Virus record (IMG/VR): IMGVR_UViG_3300027271_000001
Coordinates: 1-43,903 of that record
Source of the DNA: a virus
Lineage: Duplodnaviria; Caudoviricetes
Length of the DNA: 43,903 nt
Strand: one strand, 5' to 3'
Below the pieces are notes generated by a model that had not been told where the DNA came from, ran no database searches, and was given only the letters and a program-made list of their open reading frames with translations. Position numbers and translations under genes: made by a program. Shown here piece after piece: positions 16,825 through 25,167 of this stretch (position 1 is the stretch's first letter; every line of letters begins with the position of its first letter).

Positions 16825-17057
16825 ATGGACTCTGCAGCTTTTCTTAATCGGTCTTTGGCTTTTGCGAAAAGCTTCTCCATGGCCTCTTTGGCCGGGAAGT
16901 CCTGGTATCGCTGTGTCTCGTTTCCGTTCTTCCCGGCAAAGACCGCTTCCGAGAAGCGGAGCACCTCTTGGTTCTGCTCGCCTCTCACTGTGAACTCCGC
17001 AAACCAGTTGCCGGTGTCTTCCCGGTCGAAACCCATCGTTTCGAGTTCCAATTTCAT
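16821..17057 (-). CDS. Counter-oriented 78-aa protein (possible moron)
   Basis: MKLELETMGF...; AAGGAG RBS; occupies a gap in the rightward operon. Confidence 0.6.
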   Translation of the reverse strand: MKLELETMGFDREDTGNWFAEFTVRGEQNQEVLRFSEAVFAGKNGNETQRYQDFPAKEAMEKLFAKAKDRLRKAAESI

Positions 17058-17144
17058 AGTTCGCTCCTTCTCGTCCCATGTTGGAATCATGCACTCCCAT
17101 CATGCGCACGGCGGGAAGGAGCGTCCATCCATGGGAGCGGCCGC

Positions 17145-17285
17145 ATGACTCCCAAGACCACCCGCCAAATGCTTGTCGCGGCATCGATAGCCGCAGCCAT
17201 AGCGCTTTCCGGTGCACTCGGGTGGTTTCTGATCATCCTCGCCGTTCGCGGCGTCATTGACTGGTTATGGAGGATCGCGGCGTGA
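17145..17285 (+). CDS. Small membrane protein
   Basis: MTPKTTRQMLVAASIAAAIALSGALGWFLIIL; GGGAG RBS. Confidence 0.6.
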   Translation: MTPKTTRQMLVAASIAAAIALSGALGWFLIILAVRGVIDWLWRIAA

Positions 17286-17746
17286 CCTCCGAACCCAACA
17301 CCAATTCCCTGGAGCGTGGCGGGGCTTCTGCTTCCAGCGCGGTCTATCAGGAAGAGCGTCAAATCCAGGGTCAGCCGGTCGGCGGCTCTGCCTCTCTCGT
17401 AAGTAAATCTGGAAAATCCACTGTCGAAGTCCGACCGGCGACATTTCTCGACCATCGTGCAATCCGCCACATGCCAGACTGGATCAGGGAGATCGTTTGT
17501 TCGGTTTCCGAGAAGCATGGAGTTCCACCGCGCGAGGTTCTCAGCGGCTCTCGCGTTCATGCGGTTGTTTCGGCCCGTCACGAGGCGATCTACCTTGTGA
17601 AGGCGCGGAAACCGCATCTCTCCACGACGAAGCTCGGGCAATGGTTCCGACGCGATCACAAGACGATCCTCTATGCCATCGCGAAATATCAGGCCGACCA
17701 TGACGCAGAGGCCTTCACGCGATTTCAACTGAGGGTGGCCGCATGA
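17282..17746 (+). CDS. DnaA C-terminal (domain IV)-like HTH protein
   Basis: VSEKHGV...LSGSR...VVSARHEAIYL...LSTTKLGQWFRRDHKTILYAI. Confidence 0.8.
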   Translation: MTSEPNTNSLERGGASASSAVYQEERQIQGQPVGGSASLVSKSGKSTVEVRPATFLDHRAIRHMPDWIREIVCSVSEKHGVPPREVLSGSRVHAVVSARHEAIYLVKARKPHLSTTKLGQWFRRDHKTILYAIAKYQADHDAEAFTRFQLRVAA

Positions 17747-17925
17747 CGATCCTCGCCGCTACCCTCTATGTCCTAGGCGTGGTTGGCGCCATTTCTGCCG
17801 TAGGCCGGGACGCCTATGGGCGGGATGTACCCACGGGCCTGCGTGAATGGATCGTTTGTCTGCTCTGGCCTTTGGCGGTTGCCGCCGCCATTGCCATGAG
17901 CCCGTTTATGAGGGGGCGCAAATGA
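17743..17925 (+). CDS. Small two-TM membrane protein
   Basis: Hydrophobic; LLWPL motif; ATGA coupling. Confidence 0.6.
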   Translation: MTILAATLYVLGVVGAISAVGRDAYGRDVPTGLREWIVCLLWPLAVAAAIAMSPFMRGRK

Positions 17926-18162
17926 CCGCCTCCCTGTGGACGCCTTGGGGCGCATCTCCAGTTCCTGAAACAATTCCATCTGCGCATTCGCATGAGCTTG
18001 GCGGTTCTGACGAGTGCGCATTGTTCGAAATTCCCTTCTTGCCTTTCCAAATCGAGCGGTTCGTTCCGTCCGCCCTCGCTACAAGATCGAAAGTAGCGAT
18101 GGAGCCGGACATTGGAAGGCAAAGGTTTTTGCAAATTTGTCAAAAGAATTGACGAGAGTGAA

Positions 18163-18534
18163 ATGAGTACGACGGCACTTAATGAGGCAAAGGGTTGGTA
18201 CGAAAACCTTCTCGATGCTGAATTCAGAGGGAGGAAGGACACCGATGGCGCAGCGCGTTATCGCTTGTCCTCTCGACTTGGACTGAAAGAGAACGTCCTT
18301 TTCCGGCTGCAGTATCGCGTTGCCGACATGAAGGACATAGCCGGGGAAGCCTATCGCCGGCTCAAGATCGCACATGACGAGCTGTGCGAGCGCAATGAGG
18401 AAGCCGCCCGCGTCATGCGAGCCGAGCGGCTTGGACTTACGGGACAAACCAATGCGGTTGATCAAGAGCGTGCTTTGGCGCGCGTGGGAATGGCTGCGCC
18501 TGAAAATGGCGGGCCGGAACAGGAGACGAAATGA
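18163..18534 (+). CDS. Hypothetical HTH-like regulator
   Basis: AARYRLSSRLGLKENVLFRL; start uncertain. Confidence 0.6.
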   Translation: MSTTALNEAKGWYENLLDAEFRGRKDTDGAARYRLSSRLGLKENVLFRLQYRVADMKDIAGEAYRRLKIAHDELCERNEEAARVMRAERLGLTGQTNAVDQERALARVGMAAPENGGPEQETK

Positions 18535-19070
18535 CGAAAGCTAAAGCGGCCAAGGCCGAAGCTGGCCACAACGTCCAGGACGAACGAGAGCAGTTCATCC
18601 AACAAACATTTCTGAACGGACATGTTCAGCTTAAGGGCATCAAATCGAACATTGCCGTTGAAATGTCGGATGCGAAGGAGGTCTACGCACGATTGAAGCC
18701 ATATGGTTTCACGCCCGCAGATTTCAAATGGGCGGCTGAACTCGAAGACAAGGATGCTGGGGCAATCATTGCGATGTGGGAACGTCGTCTGAAGATTGCC
18801 AGGTGGATGGGCCACGGAGTCGCCCGCCAATTCGACATGTTCGATGAAGACCGCACTCCCATTGAAGAGCGCGCTTACGAGGAAGGTCTGGCCGCCGGCA
18901 AGCTCCGCAAGGATGCGACAAACCCATATGGCGCCGACAGCAAGGCAGGGCAGGAGTGGCAGCGCGGTCTGAATGACGGGCACGCATTCGCCAATAAGGA
19001 CCTGTCGCACGTCATGAGCGAGGGCGATCCCGAGTTTCCCGACGAAGAGCCGGAAGCGGCGGAGGCGTAG
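18531..19070 (+). CDS. Hypothetical protein, weakly GapR/DUF2312-like N-terminus
   Basis: GHN...SDAKEVYARLKPYGF; C-terminal AYEEG...NPY...W.RG. Confidence 0.55.
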   Translation: MTKAKAAKAEAGHNVQDEREQFIQQTFLNGHVQLKGIKSNIAVEMSDAKEVYARLKPYGFTPADFKWAAELEDKDAGAIIAMWERRLKIARWMGHGVARQFDMFDEDRTPIEERAYEEGLAAGKLRKDATNPYGADSKAGQEWQRGLNDGHAFANKDLSHVMSEGDPEFPDEEPEAAEA

Positions 19071-19073
19071 ACC

Positions 19074-19307
19074 ATGGCCGCTCCCGAAACCTTCTGGATG
19101 GTCTACGGGCTTGGCCAACGCCAGCCCACGGTGCGCCACAAGACGTTTGCGAGCGCACAGGGCGAGGCGGAGCGCTTGGCCCGCACTGTTCCCGGAGTGG
19201 CCTTCTACGTGCTTGAGGCCGTCTCTGTCTCCCGCCGTGTCGATGTCGAGACCATCCGGCTTGAGCCGTCCGCCTATCAGATCGACGGCGGAGACATCCC
19301 GTTTTGA
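19074..19307 (+). CDS. Hypothetical phage protein
   Basis: FWMVYG...PTVRH...AERLAR; acidic DIPF C-terminal tail. Confidence 0.7.
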   Translation: MAAPETFWMVYGLGQRQPTVRHKTFASAQGEAERLARTVPGVAFYVLEAVSVSRRVDVETIRLEPSAYQIDGGDIPF

Positions 19308-19355
19308 ACCGCGTGCCTCGCGCCGCGGCTTAGACGGCGCACCCCGATTGAGGCG

Positions 19356-21146
19356 ATGAACCTGCTGGGGATCCAGATGCAGAAGATCAGAAAACCGAAA
19401 AAGATGCTCGTTGCCGACCTGCTTTGTGGTGCTGGCGGTTCTTCCACGGGAGCATCGCGCGCCTTGGCTGAACTCGGCCTCGATATGGAACTGGTATGTG
19501 TCAATCACTGGCCGACAGCGATCGACACCCATCAACGCAATCATCCAGAAGCACGGCACTACGTACAGGACATTGCCACTGTCCGTCCGCACCTTCTCGT
19601 GCCCGAAGGCTATCTCGACCTGTTGATGGCCTCGCCAACCTGCACCCACCACAGCGTGGCGCGCGGTGGCAAGCCGACCAGCGACCAGCAGCGTTCCGAT
19701 CCTTGGCACATTATCACGTGGCTCACTGAACTCCGTGTGAAGCGGATTATCATCGAGAACGTCTGGGAGTTCACAAGCTGGGGGCCGGTGGATCGCCGCA
19801 CAGGCAGGCCGATCAAGAGCCGCAAGGGCGAATATTTCCTTGCGTGGATCGAGACGCTGAAAAGGCTTGGCTTCGATCCGGAATGGCGAAAGCTCAATGC
19901 CGCTGATTACGGAGATGCCACCACGCGCCAGCGCTTCATTCTGATGGCGCGTTCGGACGGGCGAAAAGTCCACTGGCCGATGCCGACGCATCGCAAGCGG
20001 ACTGATGTGAAAGGAGAACTTTTCTCTGACGCGAAGCCATGGCGCCCAGCTCGGGAAATCATCGACTGGTCTATCAAGGGCAGGTCGATCTTCAACAGAA
20101 AGAAAGCTCTCGCACCCAAGACGCTCATGCGCATCTATGCAGGGGCGGTGAAGCACAAGTGGCCTGAGCCGTTTATTGTTGTGCTTCGCAATCATATGGC
20201 CGCACAGGGGCTTGATGTGCCTCTGCCGACAATTGCGGCGAACGGTCAGCGCATCGCGCTTGCGGAGCCCGTTATCATGAATGGGCGGAAGGGGAACCAG
20301 GCAAAGGCGGTCTCAACCGAGCCTGCCCCGACACTCGATACCAAGGGCGGTGTTTGGCTGGCGGAGCCGATGGTTCTTTCACAACACAACAGCGGAGCCG
20401 CGCGCTCGGCAAGTGATCCTTTGCCAACCATCACCACCGGTGGCGCCGGGACCGAAGTGCGTCCCGGCTGCGCAAGACCAATGCTGGTCACAGTCGCGCA
20501 TGGAACGGATGCCCGCGACAAAGACCCATACACTCGACGCGCACACGACATCGAAGACCCGTTGGGCACCGTGCATGGTGATGGCAGTTCATATGCAGTC
20601 GTTGAGCCGTTCGTGTTGTCGCAAGCATCTGGCGGTGCGCCCCGTGCGGTTTCAGAGCCCTTGCCAACGTCCACAACGGGTGGGGCTGGCGGGGCTCATG
20701 CGCTGGTCTCAGTCTATTACGGTTCTGGCAACGGCGAAGTTTGCCAAAGCGCGGATGAACCGCTGCCGACCGCGACCGCCCGAAACCGTTTCGGCGTCGT
20801 CGTTCCGGTCACACACAGCCAGGGTGGGAACGGAAGCCGCTCCGTTGATGAACCCATCCCAACCATCACAACGGCAAAAGGTGGCGAGTTTGCGCTGGCC
20901 GAGGCGTTTGATGGATACGACATCCTTTTCCGAATGCTGGAGCCGCACGAACTGGCGTCTGCGATGGGTTTCAATACCGAAGACCAGCAGTACGAATTCG
21001 CCGGCACCAAGACCGACAAGATAAAGCAGATCGGCAATGCGGTTTCTGTTGCGAAAATGAAGGCGTGCGTCGGTGCGATCATGGCCGATGCCGCCCCGAA
21101 AGAGATCGCGAAATGTGATGCCGAGTTCATGGAGGCGGCGGAATGA
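19356..21146 (+). CDS. C5 cytosine DNA methyltransferase
   Basis: DLLCGAGG (I), SPTC (IV), IENV (VI), TTRQRF (VIII), QIGNAV (X). Confidence 0.93.
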   Translation: MNLLGIQMQKIRKPKKMLVADLLCGAGGSSTGASRALAELGLDMELVCVNHWPTAIDTHQRNHPEARHYVQDIATVRPHLLVPEGYLDLLMASPTCTHHSVARGGKPTSDQQRSDPWHIITWLTELRVKRIIIENVWEFTSWGPVDRRTGRPIKSRKGEYFLAWIETLKRLGFDPEWRKLNAADYGDATTRQRFILMARSDGRKVHWPMPTHRKRTDVKGELFSDAKPWRPAREIIDWSIKGRSIFNRKKALAPKTLMRIYAGAVKHKWPEPFIVVLRNHMAAQGLDVPLPTIAANGQRIALAEPVIMNGRKGNQAKAVSTEPAPTLDTKGGVWLAEPMVLSQHNSGAARSASDPLPTITTGGAGTEVRPGCARPMLVTVAHGTDARDKDPYTRRAHDIEDPLGTVHGDGSSYAVVEPFVLSQASGGAPRAVSEPLPTSTTGGAGGAHALVSVYYGSGNGEVCQSADEPLPTATARNRFGVVVPVTHSQGGNGSRSVDEPIPTITTAKGGEFALAEAFDGYDILFRMLEPHELASAMGFNTEDQQYEFAGTKTDKIKQIGNAVSVAKMKACVGAIMADAAPKEIAKCDAEFMEAAE

Positions 21147-21235
21147 CCGAGCGCACCCGTTTCTTGATCGTGAATTGGTTCATCGCCATTGCGGGCATTC
21201 TCATCCTTGGCGCGGCTATGTGGGGAGGGGAGTGA
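21143..21235 (+). CDS. 30-aa membrane peptide (absent from the ORF track)
   Basis: MTERTRFLIVNWFIAIAGILILGAAMWGGE; ATGA and TGATG coupling on both sides. Confidence 0.6.
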   Translation: MTERTRFLIVNWFIAIAGILILGAAMWGGE

Positions 21236-21789
21236 TGGCACTCATCTTGGGACTAGATATCGCCACGACGACCGGCTGGGCGATCTACGACACCGATAAG
21301 ACGCCGTCCGCCATTGTTTCCGGCTCATTCAAGCTGCAGGGCGCAACACCTTTCGAGCGGGTGCGCTACATGCGCTCGCATCTGCCCCGGCTGATCAAGG
21401 AGCACCGGCCAGACTTCGCGGCCATTGAAGCGCCAATGGAGATCGCGCCTCGGTTCACGCGAGCCAAGACAGACATGCTTGGGGAGCAAGAGCAGGAGAC
21501 GACGATCAACTCCAAGACCATTGCTGTTCTGAACCGATATGCCGGCGCGGCTGAAATGGCCGTCATGGGCAACAATATCCCGTGCGTAGAAGTGGCCGCG
21601 CGCACTTGGCAGACGATCATCCCGAAGACCATCAAGGGAAAGCCCAAGCAGCGCGCCAAGGCCTTCTGCGACATGCATCGGATTGTCTCGCCCAACATGG
21701 ACAGCCGGGACGCCTGCATCATCGCGATGTGGGCGGCTGGGCACTGTCAGGAGTTAAAGTTGATGCAGCGGACGGGGAGGGCGGCATGA
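21235..21789 (+). CDS. RuvC-like Holliday junction resolvase
   Basis: ILGLDIATTTGWA, AAIEAP, DSRDA acidic residues. Confidence 0.8.
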   Translation: MALILGLDIATTTGWAIYDTDKTPSAIVSGSFKLQGATPFERVRYMRSHLPRLIKEHRPDFAAIEAPMEIAPRFTRAKTDMLGEQEQETTINSKTIAVLNRYAGAAEMAVMGNNIPCVEVAARTWQTIIPKTIKGKPKQRAKAFCDMHRIVSPNMDSRDACIIAMWAAGHCQELKLMQRTGRAA

Positions 21790-23222
21790 CAGAGCCACGC
21801 GCGCCGTTACCTCACAATGTCGATCTCGAAGCCGAATTGCTTGGCTGCATCTTGATGAACAACGATTGCTACGATCTGGTTTCTCGATCTCTGCAACCGG
21901 AGCACTTCTACGAACAGGTTCACCAGATACTCTTTGAAGCCATGGGGAAGATGATCACCATTGGCCGCAAGGTGAACCCAACAACGCTCAAGAGCTATAT
22001 GCCGGAGGATGCGAAGATCGCCGACGATCTGAACCTCGGGCAGTACCTGGCCCGCCTTGCGGTCAATGCAGTCTCCCCCGTTATGGCGAGGGACTATGCC
22101 ATCGGCATTCGGGACTTATGGGTATCGCGCCATCTCATGGCGGCTTGTGACGACATCCGCGCCGCACTCGCAGGCAGGGAGCCGGATGTGGACCCGTTTT
22201 CCGTCATTTCCCCGATTGAGGATCAAATCGCCAAGCTTCGCGGAGAGCGCATCGCCACCGGCGAGGCAAATCGACATGGGCAAGCCTATCTGGACAGCAT
22301 CACGAAGGCCCGCCAGCGCGGCGGGGTGTCCGGCGTCCCGATCTGCTTGGGTGAGATTTCAGAGGTTATTTCATCCCCTGTATTCGAGGCCGGAAATCTC
22401 TATGGCCTTCTGGCGTCGAGCGGTGAGGGTAAAAGCTCACTAACGCTCCAGATGATCGCGCATGCTCTCAAGAAGGGGCACCCAGTCCTGTTTCTGTCGT
22501 TCGATCAAGCGGCAGACCAATGCATCAGGCAGATGGTTGCCCAGGAATATGCGATTGAAGCGCGCCGGCAGCTCTTTGGGGACGTATCCGAGAAGGAAAT
22601 GGGGAAGGCCGTCGATTTCGCAACATGGATTGATAGACAGCCCTTCAAGGTCATCAAATGCACTGACCAGAGCGCCCCGCAGCTTGTCGCGCTGGCCCGC
22701 TCCTTCATCCGCACAAACGGGAATGGAAAGGTGCCGTTGATCGTGGTCGACCATATCCGGGCGATCAAGGCGGAAGACCGCAAAACCGACGAGGGTACGA
22801 AAGCGCTCCAGATCGGAAATATTCTCAAGGGCGGCGCCGAGCAGACGCGTGCGGCGTGGCTGGTTCTCAATCAGCGGAACACGTCTGGCATGCGGCGGCC
22901 CAACCCTCGACCTATCATTGCCGACCTGTTTGGAGGCGAGGGGGCTTTAGCTCCCTTCGACGCCATCTTCTACCTGTATCGCTTCCTGAAATTCTATCAG
23001 GAGCGAAAGGCGACGGCCTCAACCGGATCCGATTGGAAAGCAATCGAGAAGGTTTTCCCGTCTGCCGTTCGGGACAATAACGAGGATATTGCGGAGATCG
23101 GCGTCATCAAGAGCCGTTTCGGAAATCCGCACATCACAAGCCGCCTGATCTTTGAGGCGCGCTTCACCAGATACAAATCAGACAGACAAGACGATGCTGA
23201 GCTGCAGGAGGCAATGCTTTGA
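21786..23222 (+). CDS. DnaB-like replicative helicase
   Basis: PHNVDLEAELLG N-domain; ASSGEGKSS; IVVDHI; LNQ; KSRFG. Confidence 0.9.
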   Translation: MTEPRAPLPHNVDLEAELLGCILMNNDCYDLVSRSLQPEHFYEQVHQILFEAMGKMITIGRKVNPTTLKSYMPEDAKIADDLNLGQYLARLAVNAVSPVMARDYAIGIRDLWVSRHLMAACDDIRAALAGREPDVDPFSVISPIEDQIAKLRGERIATGEANRHGQAYLDSITKARQRGGVSGVPICLGEISEVISSPVFEAGNLYGLLASSGEGKSSLTLQMIAHALKKGHPVLFLSFDQAADQCIRQMVAQEYAIEARRQLFGDVSEKEMGKAVDFATWIDRQPFKVIKCTDQSAPQLVALARSFIRTNGNGKVPLIVVDHIRAIKAEDRKTDEGTKALQIGNILKGGAEQTRAAWLVLNQRNTSGMRRPNPRPIIADLFGGEGALAPFDAIFYLYRFLKFYQERKATASTGSDWKAIEKVFPSAVRDNNEDIAEIGVIKSRFGNPHITSRLIFEARFTRYKSDRQDDAELQEAML

Positions 23223-23527
23223 ACATCTTCGACGCCCGCGCCCGGCATAACGGCTATATCTGGATCGGTGAATTCCGAGCCGGTGAACACGGCGAATACA
23301 AGCCCGTGATGGAGAACGGCGAGGTAAGGCCCTTCCAGACAGCCAGAGAAGCCCGTGAGGCAGCGCAAGCGAGTCTGATCGCCTATATGAACGGCAAATA
23401 CACCAGCACCGCCAGAAGGCCGAATATCGGTGGAAAGCGGAGACCGTGTTTCGACCGGGCAAGAAGCCCATCCCCGTGGAGGCTCGATGATCGATCCGCG
23501 CGTCATAGCATTGTGCCGGGAGTTTGA
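23219..23527 (+). CDS. Hypothetical protein
   Basis: TTGA coupling to the helicase; GGAGG RBS. Confidence 0.55.
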   Translation: MNIFDARARHNGYIWIGEFRAGEHGEYKPVMENGEVRPFQTAREAREAAQASLIAYMNGKYTSTARRPNIGGKRRPCFDRARSPSPWRLDDRSARHSIVPGV

Positions 23528-23933
23528 TGTCGAGATCATCCCCGGCAACAAGTATCCGGAGATTGGCCAGACGCGGGCACCGGACACCCTTCGGCGCATC
23601 ATCGATCGATATGGAATGGAACATGCTCGCCTTGTGATGACCACCATCACCCAGGCAGGGAACAACAAGCTTCTCCTCGACAAGGAAGGCCTATGGATGG
23701 TCTCGGACATGGTTTTGAAATGCCGCAGCCTGATAGAGCGCGAGGCCGGCGCCTGGCTGGACACATGGGACATCATCCCCGGTGGAGAGCTCCAGTTTGT
23801 GGCTCAGGAACTGCGGGGCTTCGTGCCGACGCGCTTTGCCCTTGGTGGGATGGTCTATGAGCGCCTGTTCCGCCGCTTCGGGCCGAACTCTGATCAACTC
23901 GACATGCTGGATGACCGTCGGAGGATGCAATGA
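23487..23933 (+). CDS. Hypothetical phage protein
   Basis: MIDPRVIALCREF...; GGAGG RBS. Confidence 0.7.
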   Translation: MIDPRVIALCREFDVEIIPGNKYPEIGQTRAPDTLRRIIDRYGMEHARLVMTTITQAGNNKLLLDKEGLWMVSDMVLKCRSLIEREAGAWLDTWDIIPGGELQFVAQELRGFVPTRFALGGMVYERLFRRFGPNSDQLDMLDDRRRMQ

Positions 23934-24613
23934 ACATCGGAGATATTGCAGAGCGCTTTATCCGCGCCGCGGAGATCGAGAGAAGCACGCCAGAGCAGAT
24001 AGGCCCGGCGCCGATGCGATCCATGTCGCTTCCATATGTCCATGATTGGGTCGACAAGCTCGGATGGCGTAAGGAGAAGGGCGACAAGCTCCAGCCCGGA
24101 GAAGACCCTTTGGCTGAGGAACGCCGCCTGTTCTGGGAGCGGCTTGGCCTACAGGCTTCATCACAGGAACTTTCCGAACTGGAATGCTTGCGCGAATGGC
24201 TCCTGATGGTGGATGATGAAGGCCAGCGCCGCGCGCTCCTGGCATGGTCCATGGCAAAGGCCGGTGGCCGATCCTTCAACAAGTGGTGCTTCAAGGTCGA
24301 GGGCATTCATCCAGAGACGGGAAGAAGGCGGAAAAACCGCGCTTTGGCTCGAATTTCTGCACATGTTGCTCGCGAGGGTGTGCAGCATTGCGATGACGGT
24401 GAAATCGGGGTGTTGCTCGACACCCCCGAAAACGGCCATATTGACGCTAACATCGCGGGCGCTGTCACAGAACACAAAGGCATCACTGCCTGGGCCTCAG
24501 ACGAGGCGTTCACAAGCTATCTTTCAGACAAGCCAGCCGACTTCTCTTGGGCACAAAAGCGGTGGGAACGCCGCCGCCAGCGCGAAGCGAAGAAGAAGCA
24601 GGAAGCGGCGTAG
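23930..24613 (+). CDS. Putative late-transcription regulator
   Basis: Last early gene before packaging (Q position); helical DNA-binding-like GIHPETGRRRKNRAL; function inferred from position. Confidence 0.5.
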   Translation: MNIGDIAERFIRAAEIERSTPEQIGPAPMRSMSLPYVHDWVDKLGWRKEKGDKLQPGEDPLAEERRLFWERLGLQASSQELSELECLREWLLMVDDEGQRRALLAWSMAKAGGRSFNKWCFKVEGIHPETGRRRKNRALARISAHVAREGVQHCDDGEIGVLLDTPENGHIDANIAGAVTEHKGITAWASDEAFTSYLSDKPADFSWAQKRWERRRQREAKKKQEAA

Positions 24614-24652
24614 ATATTCAGGCAGGTTGGCGATGCAGATGGATATGGGTTG

Positions 24653-25003
24653 ATGGCCCGCCATGACCGCCGATCACCAGAAGCAGAGCGCTATCGCAAG
24701 CTCTACAAGCGCGCCCAATGGTCAAGGGTGAGAGACGCGCAGCTCGCAGCCGAGCCGGTATGTGAATGGTGCTTTAAGCGCGGGATCATCACCAAAGCCA
24801 CAGTCTGCCACCATGTAGACAAGGCCAGTAAGGAAAGCCCGGCCACCTTCTACGCAGGCCCCTTCGAAAGCCTATGCGCTCCATGTCATGACCGAGACGC
24901 CCAAAGCGAAGAACGCATGGGATACTCAACCGAGATAGGGGCCGATGGATGGCCCGTAGACGAGCGCCACCCTGCAAACAGTCAGAGATGCACTAAAAGC
25001 TGA
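24653..25003 (+). CDS. Packaging-associated HNH endonuclease (HK97 gp74-like)
   Basis: EPVCEWC...ATVCHH...SLCAPCHD; directly upstream of the terminase. Confidence 0.88.
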   Translation: MARHDRRSPEAERYRKLYKRAQWSRVRDAQLAAEPVCEWCFKRGIITKATVCHHVDKASKESPATFYAGPFESLCAPCHDRDAQSEERMGYSTEIGADGWPVDERHPANSQRCTKS

Positions 25004-25044
25004 AATACCTCTCCACGGCTTCCCCTGCCTGAAATACGGACATC

Positions 25045-25105
25045 CTAGATGGGGGGGTGGTTAAAAAGTCCAGATCGATGGGCTTAGGGACCGGCGCGGG
25101 AAGTC
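25045..25105. other. Probable cos region
   Basis: Non-coding gap between HNH and terminase with a G run (GATGGGGGGGTGG) and GGACCGGCGCG; the usual cos location in HNH-using cos phages. Confidence 0.4.
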
Positions 25106-25167
25106 TCGAACAGAATTAGTTTCGCGCGGCTGATAGTTTTCGCGCTTCCAATCACAAGGATTGATGA

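Noticed and set aside
18462-20195. 577-aa minus-strand ORF
   Set aside because: Antisense shadow of well-supported + strand genes in GC-rich DNA; no motifs
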